Shown: positions 35,229 to 45,603, numbered from the stretch's first letter. The stretch: 64,000 nucleotides of DNA from Candidatus Falkowbacteria bacterium (GCA_037134915.1 JBAXLJ010000004.1:40702-104701), one strand, 5' to 3'. Translations and numbers: made by a program. Notes: generated from the sequence alone by a model not told the origin.

Positions 35229-36098
35229 ATGCTTAAAGGTTTAAAATATTGTTTGCTGGCTTTGATATTTATTATTATCATTATATTTTTTGTAGTCCGG
35301 TCAGCTTTCAAAGCGAATAATGATTTGGTCAGTTTGTTTGATCAGGTTTTAGGGCGCGAAAAGAAGGTTGCGCCTTTAGTTTTAAAGGAAGAAAAAACTT
35401 TAAGGATTATTGAAGGCTGGCGTAATCGTGATATTTCTGATTTATTAGAAAAAAATAATCTGGCAACGCCTGACGAGTTTCTAATAGCTCAGAGAAAAAT
35501 TGATCAAAGTAAATTTTCTTTTTTGGATACTAAACCGAAAAATACTGATTTAGAGGGTTATTTATACCCAGATACTTATCGTGTTTATGCTTCAAGTTCC
35601 GCTTCAGAAATCATTGATAAGATGTTAGCCAATTTTGATAAAAAACTAAGCCCACAAATGCGCGCTGATATTGCTGCTCAGGGTAAAACGATAAATGAGA
35701 TAATTACGATGGCCTCAATTATTGAAAAAGAAGCGCCCATTTCTTATGCCACCTCTGACAATGTAGATGCTAAAATTATTTCCGGAATTTTTTGGCGACG
35801 CCTTAAATCAGGTCAGGCTTTGCAATCTTGTGCGACTCTAGCTTATGTTTTAGGAGTTGATAAGGCTCAATATAGTGAAGCGGATACCAAAATAAATTCC
35901 CCTTATAATACTTATCGTAACCCTGGTTTGCCACCGGGTCCAATTGCTAACCCGGGGATTCTCGCGATTGAAGCGGCTATTTACCCGACACCTTCAAACT
36001 ATAATTATTTTTTAACACCTTCTGGCAGTTCAAAGATAATTTACGCCGCTACCTATGAAGAGCATTTAAGAAATAAAAATAAATATCTTGGTAAATAG
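35229..36098 (+). CDS. mltG: Endolytic murein transglycosylase MltG (YceG-like)
   Basis: N-terminal TM, EGYLYPDTY, ASIIEKEA, YNTYRNPGLPPGPIANPG. Confidence 0.85.
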   Translation: MLKGLKYCLLALIFIIIIIFFVVRSAFKANNDLVSLFDQVLGREKKVAPLVLKEEKTLRIIEGWRNRDISDLLEKNNLATPDEFLIAQRKIDQSKFSFLDTKPKNTDLEGYLYPDTYRVYASSSASEIIDKMLANFDKKLSPQMRADIAAQGKTINEIITMASIIEKEAPISYATSDNVDAKIISGIFWRRLKSGQALQSCATLAYVLGVDKAQYSEADTKINSPYNTYRNPGLPPGPIANPGILAIEAAIYPTPSNYNYFLTPSGSSKIIYAATYEEHLRNKNKYLGK

Positions 36099-36110
36099 TT
36101 TAATTAATCT

Positions 36111-38414
36111 ATGTTTAATAAAATTGAGCCAAGTCAAATAACTCAGGTCACTCAAGAGGGGAACACAGTTGTCCCGCCTGTGGATATTTCTAAAACCAAA
36201 CGAACTCGGATAATTTGGATTATTGTTGCGGCTTCGCTTTGTCTCATCGTTTTACTTGTTATTATTTTTAGAAAAACTCCGACACCAGCGCCGGTAAAAC
36301 CAGCCGCCACCAGTACTTTTGGTTTTTTACCAGTTGAAGTCAGTACTAATGTAGTGGCGACCACTACAGCAACGTCCTCAGACGAGTTTGAAAAATATAA
36401 TTTTAGTGATTATTATCAAGAACCGGCTCCAATCCCGGAGTTTTCTTTTAAGGATTACACCTTGCCACTTAATATAAAAATTGACGCCTTAAATTATTAT
36501 GATATTTCCCGGAAGTTAAGTTTAGATAGCGGCTTAGATAGTTTAAATAATAATGGGTTTGCTGTTTTAGATAATCCAGCACCTAAAGAGGCTACCAGTT
36601 TTTATTCGGCCTACTCTTGGCTATCTGATAAAGAAATCCCTTTGCTTATTACTTCTGATTTTTTAATTCATTATCATCAGAACACAGTGAAACAGATTTC
36701 TAAAGATATTGAGGAAAATATTTTTTATGATAACATGTGGCGTATCTCTAAAATGTTGTATGAGTCTTCTAAAAATCGCTATGAAGCCCGGCTGGCTAAA
36801 ATTGGTAATGTAAATGACCAGGTTTTAGAAAGCGAAAGACTGGCGACAGCTTATTTTGCGGTTGCTTTGAAATTGCTTGAGCCTACACCAGCGCAAATTA
36901 ATACCACCGGCCAAGATGATAATAAATTTTCTAAGAGCGAAGCGGGGGCGCTTTATTTTACCATTTTGCCTTATTTGCAGGTTGACGCCGCTGAAGAGGT
37001 GCGTTTAATTAAAGAGGCGAGTGTCAAAACTAAATCTCCGGTTTTACTTTACACGCAAAATTACACTGATTTTGTGGTGCCAGCTGAATATCGACGGACT
37101 GAGAAATTGTATAACTTTTATCTAGCTAGCACTTGGCTTAACTCGGTTTTTCCTTTAGTGGTTAAAGATAAAAATTGCCCCGATTGTTTGTTGGATAAAG
37201 ATGACGCTAAATTAAGTCTGATTGCTTCTAGCTTTATTACTAAAGATTTCTCCGCCAATCAGGATCTTAAAAATATGTGGGCGTTAGTTTATAAATTAAT
37301 GTCTTATTCTAAGGGTTTGCGCGATGATTTGACTTACCGTCATTATGATGAGGCCATGAAAACTTTGTTCGGAGAAACTTATGATCCGGAAGTTCTATTT
37401 GCTGAAGATAATCCAGATTCAGCCGCTAACATGGATAAGATGAGAGCTAAATTGCTCAGTATTCCTTTTAGTGATTTTCAGGGTGCTTTGGATAAGACTA
37501 AAGATAAACCGCGCTTGGGTTTTAAATTATTGTCCGATTACTACTTTCCTAATGAGTACGTCTTTAACCGTTTATCTGGTGACGCTGTTGGCAATTATGG
37601 CGAGATAAAACCTAGATATGGTAATTCCACGGTTTGCAAAGAAGATTTGAAACGTTGTAACGGTTTTGGCTTGGATGTTATCGGTTTGGTGGCTGATAAA
37701 TTAACGACGGATAGCTATTGGATGGATAACACTAACTTTGCTTCTTATGATGAAAAATTACTAGTTTTAAAAAACGAATTAAAGACTTTACTGATTTGGC
37801 ATAATAATAATTTCTGGTCGACTCTTAGCACTATTAAGGCGGTCTTTGAAACTAACAATGGCCAAATGCAGGCTTATTCTCGAGCTGATTCCTGGCGCCA
37901 ACATTTAATTGATGTTTCCACTTCGGCTTGGGTTGATATGCAACTACCGCTTGAGAAACTGGCCCCCACCAGCGCGCCGCTTAAGAAAGGTTTATCAAAT
38001 GATGTCATCTTTAATGATAATTTTTATATCGAACCGAATTACGCTTTAATTCAAAAACTGATCGCTGACAATGAAATGATTTACGGCATGTTTGATGCTA
38101 TGGGAGTAAACAAAAAAGTTAGCGCCGTTTCTTTAGCTTTAAAAGAAGAAAATTCCAAGCTTCGACAATTTTCTGACTTAATAAAAAAAGAGCTAAACGG
38201 AGAAGCCTTTAGCTCGGATAATCAAAGTTTTATCAGCTCGGTAGCGAAGCAGTATCAATTAGATCAGGCTCCCGCCAGCCGCCTATTTCTAAAAGCCGGT
38301 AAAGCGACTTTATATGAGGATTTGGGAATTAAGTTTATGGTTTTATTCTATGAACTCAGAGGGGAAAAATATTTAGCGGCTGGACCAGTTTATTCTTACC
38401 AAGAAAGCCGTTAG
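36111..38414 (+). CDS. Large membrane-anchored extracytoplasmic protein, function unknown (possibly DUF3160-like)
   Basis: 767 aa. A single TM near residue 35, then a soluble region. The family assignment is from memory only. Confidence 0.7.
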   Translation: MFNKIEPSQITQVTQEGNTVVPPVDISKTKRTRIIWIIVAASLCLIVLLVIIFRKTPTPAPVKPAATSTFGFLPVEVSTNVVATTTATSSDEFEKYNFSDYYQEPAPIPEFSFKDYTLPLNIKIDALNYYDISRKLSLDSGLDSLNNNGFAVLDNPAPKEATSFYSAYSWLSDKEIPLLITSDFLIHYHQNTVKQISKDIEENIFYDNMWRISKMLYESSKNRYEARLAKIGNVNDQVLESERLATAYFAVALKLLEPTPAQINTTGQDDNKFSKSEAGALYFTILPYLQVDAAEEVRLIKEASVKTKSPVLLYTQNYTDFVVPAEYRRTEKLYNFYLASTWLNSVFPLVVKDKNCPDCLLDKDDAKLSLIASSFITKDFSANQDLKNMWALVYKLMSYSKGLRDDLTYRHYDEAMKTLFGETYDPEVLFAEDNPDSAANMDKMRAKLLSIPFSDFQGALDKTKDKPRLGFKLLSDYYFPNEYVFNRLSGDAVGNYGEIKPRYGNSTVCKEDLKRCNGFGLDVIGLVADKLTTDSYWMDNTNFASYDEKLLVLKNELKTLLIWHNNNFWSTLSTIKAVFETNNGQMQAYSRADSWRQHLIDVSTSAWVDMQLPLEKLAPTSAPLKKGLSNDVIFNDNFYIEPNYALIQKLIADNEMIYGMFDAMGVNKKVSAVSLALKEENSKLRQFSDLIKKELNGEAFSSDNQSFISSVAKQYQLDQAPASRLFLKAGKATLYEDLGIKFMVLFYELRGEKYLAAGPVYSYQESR

Positions 38415-40330
38415 CGAATAAATTTAAAGACATAAATACTACCACCGTCAACTTCCCAGTAGGAGTTGGCGGTGATTTTTGCTTCAGAGATTATCCGATT
38501 ACTTAGCCACCAGTATTTACTGACGGCAAAATAAGCCTCTTTAACACCCGCTAGATCCATGGCTTTTTCCATAGTTTTTCTTTGTGGTGAGTCATTTACC
38601 ATTTCTAAATAATATTGATAAAGCTGGCCGCCAGTCGGTATGGGATAGAAAAAAATGCTCTCACCAGACTTTTCAAAATAATGACTGAAGCCTAATTCTT
38701 TTAAGGCTCCCACGCTAGTTTGTTGGTTAGCTAAAACAATGTAAGGATTTTTGGTTTGTTTATCGATTGATTTAACTGCTAAAATATCGGCCCAAGAAAC
38801 GCTGTAACCTCGGGAGTTATTATAAATATCCAAACGAGGATAAGACAGGTAGATAGAAGCGCTTATTAAAAGGCTAAAAAGTAGCCAGCCACTAATAATT
38901 TCCGTCTTAGTGGCGCGCCAGATTTTAGTGCTTAAATAATCAACTGCCAGAACCACGCTTGGTAAAACAAAAAGACTAATTAAAATTGGGAGGCGGGAGA
39001 TATAATTATTGCGCTCATAGTCGATGAGAAAAGTAAAAGATAGGGAAGCGCTAAGTAAAAAACCAACCAGCAGGGCGGTACCCATTTTAACTAGCAAATA
39101 AGCTTCGTCATAATTTTTCTTAAACCAAATATAGAAACCGAAGAGACTAAAAATTATAAAAATATAAAGCCAGTTACTTGCCAGTAAGTAACAGAAGTTT
39201 AAAACTAGGCCGCCTAAATTTGTTGAGCTGAAATTAAAGTTTAAAATACTTACGAGGCCCTTAATTGAAAATGATAAATTACGCCAAGACTCGCCAGTAA
39301 CTAGCGTAAAAGATAAGGGTAAAGAGATGGCTGATAAAATCCAAATAATTATGTTATCAGTGTGCCACCAAAAAGTTTTTAATTTTTCTTTTCGCTTTAG
39401 AAGCTCGTGCCAAGCGATGAAAAATAAAGCGGGCAGTCCGCTTAAAGGGTGGACCGAGAGCGTAGCTAGTCCCAAGATAAGCGGCAGATAGCTTAGATGA
39501 CTAGCGAAAGAATAGAAAATAACTAAGAGCAGCCAAAGATAAGTTAAGTTTTGTGGCGTGCTTAAAATAAAAAGATTAAGTGGCAGGGCTAGTAAAATAA
39601 GAATTGAAATCGCGGCTCGTTTGGGGGCGCCGTGTTTTTCTAAGAAAGAAAAAATTGCTTTAGGTAAAAATAAAGCTGATAGTAGTGGGACTAGCATTTT
39701 ATTTAATAAATATATAGATAAGCCACTAAACTTATGAAAAATTATAATCAAAGAATATTCACCTAGATAATATAAGGGTTTGGGCAGGACAAAACCCTGT
39801 TTGTCAATCAGTTCCATCGTCGCTTGATGAATAAAGGGGTCAAAACCATAACCAATTTGATAGACGATGACGGCGATAGCAAAGGCCAAAAAATAATGGA
39901 TTCGAAGTAGCCAAATCTTTAAATTACTCTTAAGTTGACGATTTAAAACGTAAAACAGCCAAGCCGTCGCGCTTAAATATAGCCAGAAGAAGCTTTGGGG
40001 TACAACTTGCCAGGGGGAAATTAAAGCACTTGAACTTGAACTTTTAATTAGCAGATAAAAAGTGGCACTAATTATAACTAAATAAATAGCTATGGGCCAC
40101 CAAGTGTGAAGCCAATTTTTTTGAGGTAAAATCGGAGTTTTTTCTTGATTTTCACTTTTTGATTGAAAAAATCTCGCTCTTAGATAGAAAGAAAGTCCGC
40201 TTAAAAATAAGGTTAAGATGATAGCTGGCCAACTTAGATTGTAAAAATAGTAAATTAAAGAGCCCCAAATCATTATGAGACTGAGGGCAATTAAGATGTT
40301 TTCTTCTAGTTTTAGCAATATTTTTTTCAT
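38411..40330 (-). CDS. Polytopic membrane protein with C-terminal soluble domain, function unknown
   Basis: 639 aa. More than 12 hydrophobic segments by eye, then a ~120-aa globular tail. Its stop overlaps the upstream gene's stop by 4 nt. Confidence 0.7.
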   Translation of the reverse strand: MKKILLKLEENILIALSLIMIWGSLIYYFYNLSWPAIILTLFLSGLSFYLRARFFQSKSENQEKTPILPQKNWLHTWWPIAIYLVIISATFYLLIKSSSSSALISPWQVVPQSFFWLYLSATAWLFYVLNRQLKSNLKIWLLRIHYFLAFAIAVIVYQIGYGFDPFIHQATMELIDKQGFVLPKPLYYLGEYSLIIIFHKFSGLSIYLLNKMLVPLLSALFLPKAIFSFLEKHGAPKRAAISILILLALPLNLFILSTPQNLTYLWLLLVIFYSFASHLSYLPLILGLATLSVHPLSGLPALFFIAWHELLKRKEKLKTFWWHTDNIIIWILSAISLPLSFTLVTGESWRNLSFSIKGLVSILNFNFSSTNLGGLVLNFCYLLASNWLYIFIIFSLFGFYIWFKKNYDEAYLLVKMGTALLVGFLLSASLSFTFLIDYERNNYISRLPILISLFVLPSVVLAVDYLSTKIWRATKTEIISGWLLFSLLISASIYLSYPRLDIYNNSRGYSVSWADILAVKSIDKQTKNPYIVLANQQTSVGALKELGFSHYFEKSGESIFFYPIPTGGQLYQYYLEMVNDSPQRKTMEKAMDLAGVKEAYFAVSKYWWLSNRIISEAKITANSYWEVDGGSIYVFKFIR

Positions 40331-40419
40331 GTCTTTGGTTCTTTCCTTATTATTCTAGCCTTTATTAGCCTGATTGTAAATTCTTGCTAAAATGGGTATT
40401 CTTTTATAATATTAGTATT

Positions 40420-42192
40420 ATGAATAAGATAATTATTAAATTTGATTTTAATTTACTACTGGCCATTCTCATCGCCCTCGTTTTTTTTGTGGGCGCTTCC
40501 AGTTATAATTTTATTACCCAAAGAGAGGGAACGATTAAATGGAATTCGCCAGATGAAACGGCTAATTACTATTTTACTAAGAGTTATGCCACAACCCATG
40601 AGCTCTCTAAATTTGAGCCGGCTGACGTGGTAGCGAGCGACTTAGTAATCCCTCGAAGCTTTAAAAGTGAAAATGGCTGGCTAAAACCAGTGAGCTTTTT
40701 AGGGATTATTTTAATTTATGGCGAAATTGGATCACTTTTATCGCCAACGGTCATCCCTTATCTAACTCCATTTTTCGGGGCCTTAGGCATCATCTTTTTT
40801 TATCTATTAGTGGCTCGTTTATTTAATCGGCGCCTCGCTTTAATGTCGGCAGCCCTTTTAGCGATTTTTCCAGTCTATTTATATTATTCGGTCAGAAGCA
40901 TGTTTCATAATGTTCTGTTTTTAGTACTTCTTATTATTGGCTTTTATTTTTTAACCTTGTCCTTAGACAAAGCTTATTCATATCTAAGCAAACCCAAACT
41001 TATTAGCTGGAAATTACCTCGAAATATCTTGATTGGTTGGCTATTTATGTTTATTTCCGGCTTATCTATTGGTTTAGCGGTGATGACCCGGGCTTCAGAA
41101 CTTCTATGGCTGGCGCCGATTTTAGCAATCGTGATTTTATTTTACGGCCGGCGCATCGGCTTTTCGCGCTTACTGATTTTTGCTGGCGGCCTTGGTTTAG
41201 GGCTACTACCAGCTTTTTACTTTAACCAAATTTTATATCAGTCGCCTTTTTATGGTGGCTATTCGGAGATGAATCGCTCGCTCGTCGATATTTCTTCAGC
41301 CGGCACGGAATTAGTTAAGAACACCATTACCGTTCAGCTCTCAAGTTATCAGGAAATATTTAACCGCATTTTTAAGAACATTTTTTTCTTTGGTTTTCAC
41401 GTGGGGCAATCCTGGGAAATGTTTAGACACTACGTAATTGAAATGTTTCCTTGGCTTACTTATCTAGCAGGCTTTGGTTTTTTAGGCTTAGTGATTTTAA
41501 ATTTTAAACGGCCGCGTAAAAAAGATATTGTCTATTTTTTAATTTGGGCCACCTTATCAGTTATTTTGGTGCTGTATTATGGTTCTTGGCGTTTTACTGA
41601 TAATCCTAACGCCGCTAGTTACACTATTGGTAATTCTTACACGAGATATTGGTTACCGATGTATTTAATGGCAATTCCTCTAGTGGCCTTAGCCATTGAA
41701 TTAGGTCTTAAAGCTTTGTTCTTCTTATTTAGAAAGCATAGTAGTTATAGGGCTTTAGTTTTTGGTGGAGCAACGGTCGCTGTTTTCTTGATTGCTATTT
41801 CCTCGCTTAATTTTTTAGTTTTTGGGTCCGAGGAAGGTCTGATTAATTTGTATTACAATACCCGGGTTGATAAAACAATCGGGGATATGGTTTTTTCACT
41901 GACCTCTCAAGAGGCTGTTATTGTTACCCGGTATCATGATAAAGTTTTATTTCCAGAGAGAAGAATCATGATTGGCGTTATGGATGAAGAAAAATATTAT
42001 CCATATATTGTTAAACTGCTGCAGTATTATCCGGTTTATTATTTTAATTTTTCTTACACGCCGGAGGCAGTAACCTATTTAAATAAGGGTCGTTTAGCTA
42101 AATATCAGTTACAAATGGACTTAGTTAAAAAAACCGGCGGCCGTTTTGCTTTGTATAAAATATCTAAAACTAATAATCAAAATGCCAAATAA
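40420..42192 (+). CDS. GT-C-fold glycosyltransferase-like membrane protein (PMT/ArnT, GT39/83-like)
   Basis: Polytopic. The first-loop SPDETANYYF acidic motif is typical of GT-C enzymes. ATG 40420 preferred over the track start. Confidence 0.65.
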   Translation: MNKIIIKFDFNLLLAILIALVFFVGASSYNFITQREGTIKWNSPDETANYYFTKSYATTHELSKFEPADVVASDLVIPRSFKSENGWLKPVSFLGIILIYGEIGSLLSPTVIPYLTPFFGALGIIFFYLLVARLFNRRLALMSAALLAIFPVYLYYSVRSMFHNVLFLVLLIIGFYFLTLSLDKAYSYLSKPKLISWKLPRNILIGWLFMFISGLSIGLAVMTRASELLWLAPILAIVILFYGRRIGFSRLLIFAGGLGLGLLPAFYFNQILYQSPFYGGYSEMNRSLVDISSAGTELVKNTITVQLSSYQEIFNRIFKNIFFFGFHVGQSWEMFRHYVIEMFPWLTYLAGFGFLGLVILNFKRPRKKDIVYFLIWATLSVILVLYYGSWRFTDNPNAASYTIGNSYTRYWLPMYLMAIPLVALAIELGLKALFFLFRKHSSYRALVFGGATVAVFLIAISSLNFLVFGSEEGLINLYYNTRVDKTIGDMVFSLTSQEAVIVTRYHDKVLFPERRIMIGVMDEEKYYPYIVKLLQYYPVYYFNFSYTPEAVTYLNKGRLAKYQLQMDLVKKTGGRFALYKISKTNNQNAK

Positions 42193-43489
42193 ATATTATC
42201 ACTTAATTACTATTGGCTGCGCGATGAATAAAGCTGACAGCGAACGAGTGGCCACTTTTTTAGAAAAAAATAATTACTTAGCCAAATCCGATTGGTTGGG
42301 GGTTGATTTGGTGATTTTAACCACCTGTGGCGTTCGCCAGTCGGCCGAAGATCGGGTTTACGGTTTAGTTAATCAGATCAGAAAAACTAATAAAAAAGCA
42401 GCGGTCGTCATTACTGGTTGTTTGTCCAAGCGCCAAGATGTGATGCGCCGTTTAATTGGTAAGGTTGATCTATTTATGCCGATTAATGAATTACCAAATA
42501 TTTTTGAATTATTAAAAAGAACTAAACCAGAACAAGTCTTGAGTTTGGATGAAGTAAGAGAACTTGGCGGTGAAAAGTATTTAGCTATTATCCCGAAGTA
42601 TGAAAGTGCTTACACGGCTTATGTGCCGATTGGTAATGGTTGTAATAATTTTTGTTCTTATTGTGTAGTGCCTTACGCCCGGGGGCGGGAAGTTTATCGC
42701 GCCGCCGAAGAAATTATTGCTGAAGTTAAATCTTTGGTTGCTAAAGGTTACAAGGAAATTGTTTTAATCGCGCAAAATGTAAATAGCTATGCTAGCGGCG
42801 ACTATAATTTTCCTAAATTACTGCGCCAACTCACTGAGACCCCAGGCTATTTCTGGCTACGTTTTTCTTCGAGCCATCCCAAAGATATGAGCGATGAACT
42901 TATTGAGGTTATCGGTTCATCGGTCAAAATTGCCAATCATCTACATTTAGCGGTTCAGTCAGGTGATGATAAAATGCTCTCCGCGATGAATCGTAAATAT
43001 ACGGCTGAACATTATCGAAACTTAATTACCAAAATCAGAGCGGCTAAGCCGGGTATTTCTATTACTACTGATGTGATTGTCGGTTTTCCAGGGGAAACTA
43101 AAAAACAATTTGCCGCCTCAGCGAAATTATTTAGAGATTTAAAATTTGAAATGGCCTACGTTTCGCAGTATAGTCCGCGTCCTGGTACGGTTTCTTGGAA
43201 AATGAAAGATGATGTGACGCGAGCGGAGAAGAAACTTCGTGATCAGGTCCTAAACGAGATTTTAGCCAAGACTAGTTTAGCGGCTAATAAAAAATATTTA
43301 AATAAAGAAGTGGAAGTTTTAGTCGATGGGGTAAATGCTCGCGGAAAATTTTATGGTAAGACCTCAAGCTCTAAGACAGTATTAATTACTGACAAAAATA
43401 AGCATCAGTTGGAAGAAGTTTTAGGACGCTTTGTAAAAGTAAAAATTACCAAGAATCAAAATTTCGGTTTAGAAGGGGAACTGGTTTAG
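42182..43489 (+). CDS. miaB: tRNA-i6A37 methylthiotransferase MiaB (radical SAM)
   Basis: UPF0004 domain (ITIGCAMN), CNNFCSYCVVP radical-SAM cluster and a C-terminal TRAM domain. ATG at 42182. Confidence 0.9.
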   Translation: MPNKYYHLITIGCAMNKADSERVATFLEKNNYLAKSDWLGVDLVILTTCGVRQSAEDRVYGLVNQIRKTNKKAAVVITGCLSKRQDVMRRLIGKVDLFMPINELPNIFELLKRTKPEQVLSLDEVRELGGEKYLAIIPKYESAYTAYVPIGNGCNNFCSYCVVPYARGREVYRAAEEIIAEVKSLVAKGYKEIVLIAQNVNSYASGDYNFPKLLRQLTETPGYFWLRFSSSHPKDMSDELIEVIGSSVKIANHLHLAVQSGDDKMLSAMNRKYTAEHYRNLITKIRAAKPGISITTDVIVGFPGETKKQFAASAKLFRDLKFEMAYVSQYSPRPGTVSWKMKDDVTRAEKKLRDQVLNEILAKTSLAANKKYLNKEVEVLVDGVNARGKFYGKTSSSKTVLITDKNKHQLEEVLGRFVKVKITKNQNFGLEGELV

Positions 43490-43503
43490 TGGAAATAAAT
43501 TTT

Positions 43504-44418
43504 ATGTCTAAACAGAAAATTTTAGTTATTTTGGGCCCGACCGCTTCCGGGAAAACTTCGCTCGCGGTTAAATTGGCCCGAAAGTTTCAAGGCGAAATTA
43601 TCTCGGCCGATAGTCGTCAGGTTTATCGTGGACTAGATATTGGCACTGGTAAAGATTTAAAAGAATATAAAAATGTTGCTTATCATTTAATCGACGTTGC
43701 TAAGGCTGAAGAGGAATTCAACTTGGCTAAATATCAAAAGTTAGCACTTAAAGCGATTAAAGATATTTTGTCTCGAGGTAAATTGCCAATTATTGTTGGC
43801 GGCACCGGTCTTTATTTGCAGGCGATTGTTGATGGTTATCAGCTATCCAAATATGAACCGGATTTAAAAAGACGTCAGGCGCTAGAAGCACTGACAGTTT
43901 TCGAATTATATAGTCTGCTTGAAAAAGATAAACCGGAATTTGCTCATAAATTAAATAACAGTGATAAAAATAATCCGCGCCGTTTAATCCGTTATCTAGA
44001 AATTATGGAACGCGGGGGTGAACCTACGCCAAAGAAAAAAGTGCCTTATGATTTTTTAATCTTAGGTTTAAGACAGGATGATGAGGAAATGAGGGCGCGA
44101 ATTGTTAAACGAATTAACGATCGCTTAGATAACGAAGATATGGTTGGCGAAGTGGATCGTTTAATTGATGGTGGTTTAAGCTTAGCTCGCCTTAATTCTT
44201 TTGGTTTAGAGTATCGTTTTATTAGTTGGTACCTGCAGGATAAATTGACTTATGACGAAATGGTAGAGAAATTAGGTCTAGCTAGCTATCGCTTTGCTAA
44301 GCGCCAAAAAACCTGGTTCAAACGTTGGGAGAAACAGGGTCGAGTTATTAATTGGATAAGCGCCCTAGAAGAGACTCAGAAACTAATTAAGGATTGGCTA
44401 ACTATTGACAAAAAATAG
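43504..44418 (+). CDS. miaA: tRNA dimethylallyltransferase MiaA
   Basis: GPTASGKT P-loop, ISADSRQVYRGLDIGTGK, GGTGLY. Confidence 0.9.
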   Translation: MSKQKILVILGPTASGKTSLAVKLARKFQGEIISADSRQVYRGLDIGTGKDLKEYKNVAYHLIDVAKAEEEFNLAKYQKLALKAIKDILSRGKLPIIVGGTGLYLQAIVDGYQLSKYEPDLKRRQALEALTVFELYSLLEKDKPEFAHKLNNSDKNNPRRLIRYLEIMERGGEPTPKKKVPYDFLILGLRQDDEEMRARIVKRINDRLDNEDMVGEVDRLIDGGLSLARLNSFGLEYRFISWYLQDKLTYDEMVEKLGLASYRFAKRQKTWFKRWEKQGRVINWISALEETQKLIKDWLTIDKK

Positions 44419-44481
44419 TAAGTGTACCAAGATATAGTTGTCGTTTTTTAAAATATTAATAACCATATAAAACTCTAGATC

Positions 44482-44952
44482 ATGGAACAAGTAATTAACC
44501 CTACTGAAGAAATTAAGCTAACCGTTGATTACACTAAAACCGTCGAGCAGGCGATTACTGATGGTAACTACGATTGGAAAAATGAAGATATCGCCGCCAA
44601 AAATTTTCCCATTTCTCTGGAGATGATTGGAAAAAAAGTTGAAGTGACTACTAAATTATTTCATTTCAATTGCGACATCAGTTCTAATGATACTATTTCT
44701 GAAATGGACAAGGGTGGTTATCACCCCGCTACTTTAATGGAACTGTTGGCTCTAGGTATTTTGTTCCCTGAACTGCAAAGACAATTTCCAATTGTCGCTC
44801 TCGGCTCTGTTTGGCGTGATGCTGATAGCTATCGTTTTGTATCTTATCTGGATGTCAATGGCTCTAAGCGTGAGCTTGACCTCGGTTGGTTTGATGTTGA
44901 CTGGCTTGCTCTTTGTCGCTTTTTGGGTGTTCGTAAGGAATCATTATTGTAA
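44482..44952 (+). CDS. Hypothetical protein, paralog A of a tandem pair
   Basis: 156 aa. Shares the core ...GNYDW...NFPIS...PATLMELLALGILFPELQRQFPIVALG...RFLGVRK with the next gene. Confidence 0.7.
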   Translation: MEQVINPTEEIKLTVDYTKTVEQAITDGNYDWKNEDIAAKNFPISLEMIGKKVEVTTKLFHFNCDISSNDTISEMDKGGYHPATLMELLALGILFPELQRQFPIVALGSVWRDADSYRFVSYLDVNGSKRELDLGWFDVDWLALCRFLGVRKESLL

Positions 44953-45540
44953 AAAACGCTTTTTAATAAATTATTAATCATGAGAATCAGTGACTTAGAA
45001 TTACAAAAATTAACTGTGGCTATGGAAGGTAAAAATCTGTCCTTTTCACAGGTCCTGGAACTTATCGAGAATAGCGATCTTCAAAGTGAAAAAATAATTG
45101 TTGTTGCCAGTGAAATTGAGCTAACAGTTGATTATGGTAGGACTTTGGAACAGGCGATTGCTGATGGTAACTACGACTGGAATCACGGCGATATTTCGTC
45201 TGAAAATTTTCCCATTTCTCCAGAAATGCTTGGGCAAAAAGTTGAAATAAAAACCAAATTATTCCGTTTCAATCGCGACATCAGTTCTAATGATGTTATT
45301 TCTGAGATGGACAAAGCTGGTTATCGCCCAGCTACTTTAATGGAATTATTGGCTCTAGGTATTTTATTTCCTGAACTGCAACGACAATTTCCAATTGTTG
45401 CTCTCGGTTATGTTTGGCACTGGGCTCGTGTCGGTCGTTTTGTGCCTTTTCTGTACGTAAATGACTATAAGCGTGGACTTAACCTCTCTTTTGTTGCTGG
45501 TGACTGGGGTACTCGTTATCGCTTCCTTGGTGTTCGTAAG
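44518..45540 (+). repeat. Tandem gene duplication, register about 603 nt
   Basis: nt 44521 onward aligns with nt 45124 onward. The most similar stretch is 44727-44812 against 45327-45412. Confidence 0.8.
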
Positions 45541-45543
45541 TGA
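44980..45543 (+). CDS. Hypothetical protein, paralog B of a tandem pair (extra ~45-aa N-terminus)
   Basis: 187 aa. Same core as paralog A. Confidence 0.7.
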   Translation: MRISDLELQKLTVAMEGKNLSFSQVLELIENSDLQSEKIIVVASEIELTVDYGRTLEQAIADGNYDWNHGDISSENFPISPEMLGQKVEIKTKLFRFNRDISSNDVISEMDKAGYRPATLMELLALGILFPELQRQFPIVALGYVWHWARVGRFVPFLYVNDYKRGLNLSFVAGDWGTRYRFLGVRK

Positions 45544-45547
45544 AATT

Positions 45548-45580
45548 AAAAAACCCGTTTCAAAATGAAACGGGTTTTTT
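45548..45580. terminator. Bidirectional terminator (paralog B / gatB)
   Basis: AAAAAACCCGTTTC-AAAAT-GAAACGGGTTTTTT. Confidence 0.8.
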
Positions 45581-45603
45581 CTTACGAAATAATTGTTTTT
45601 ATT

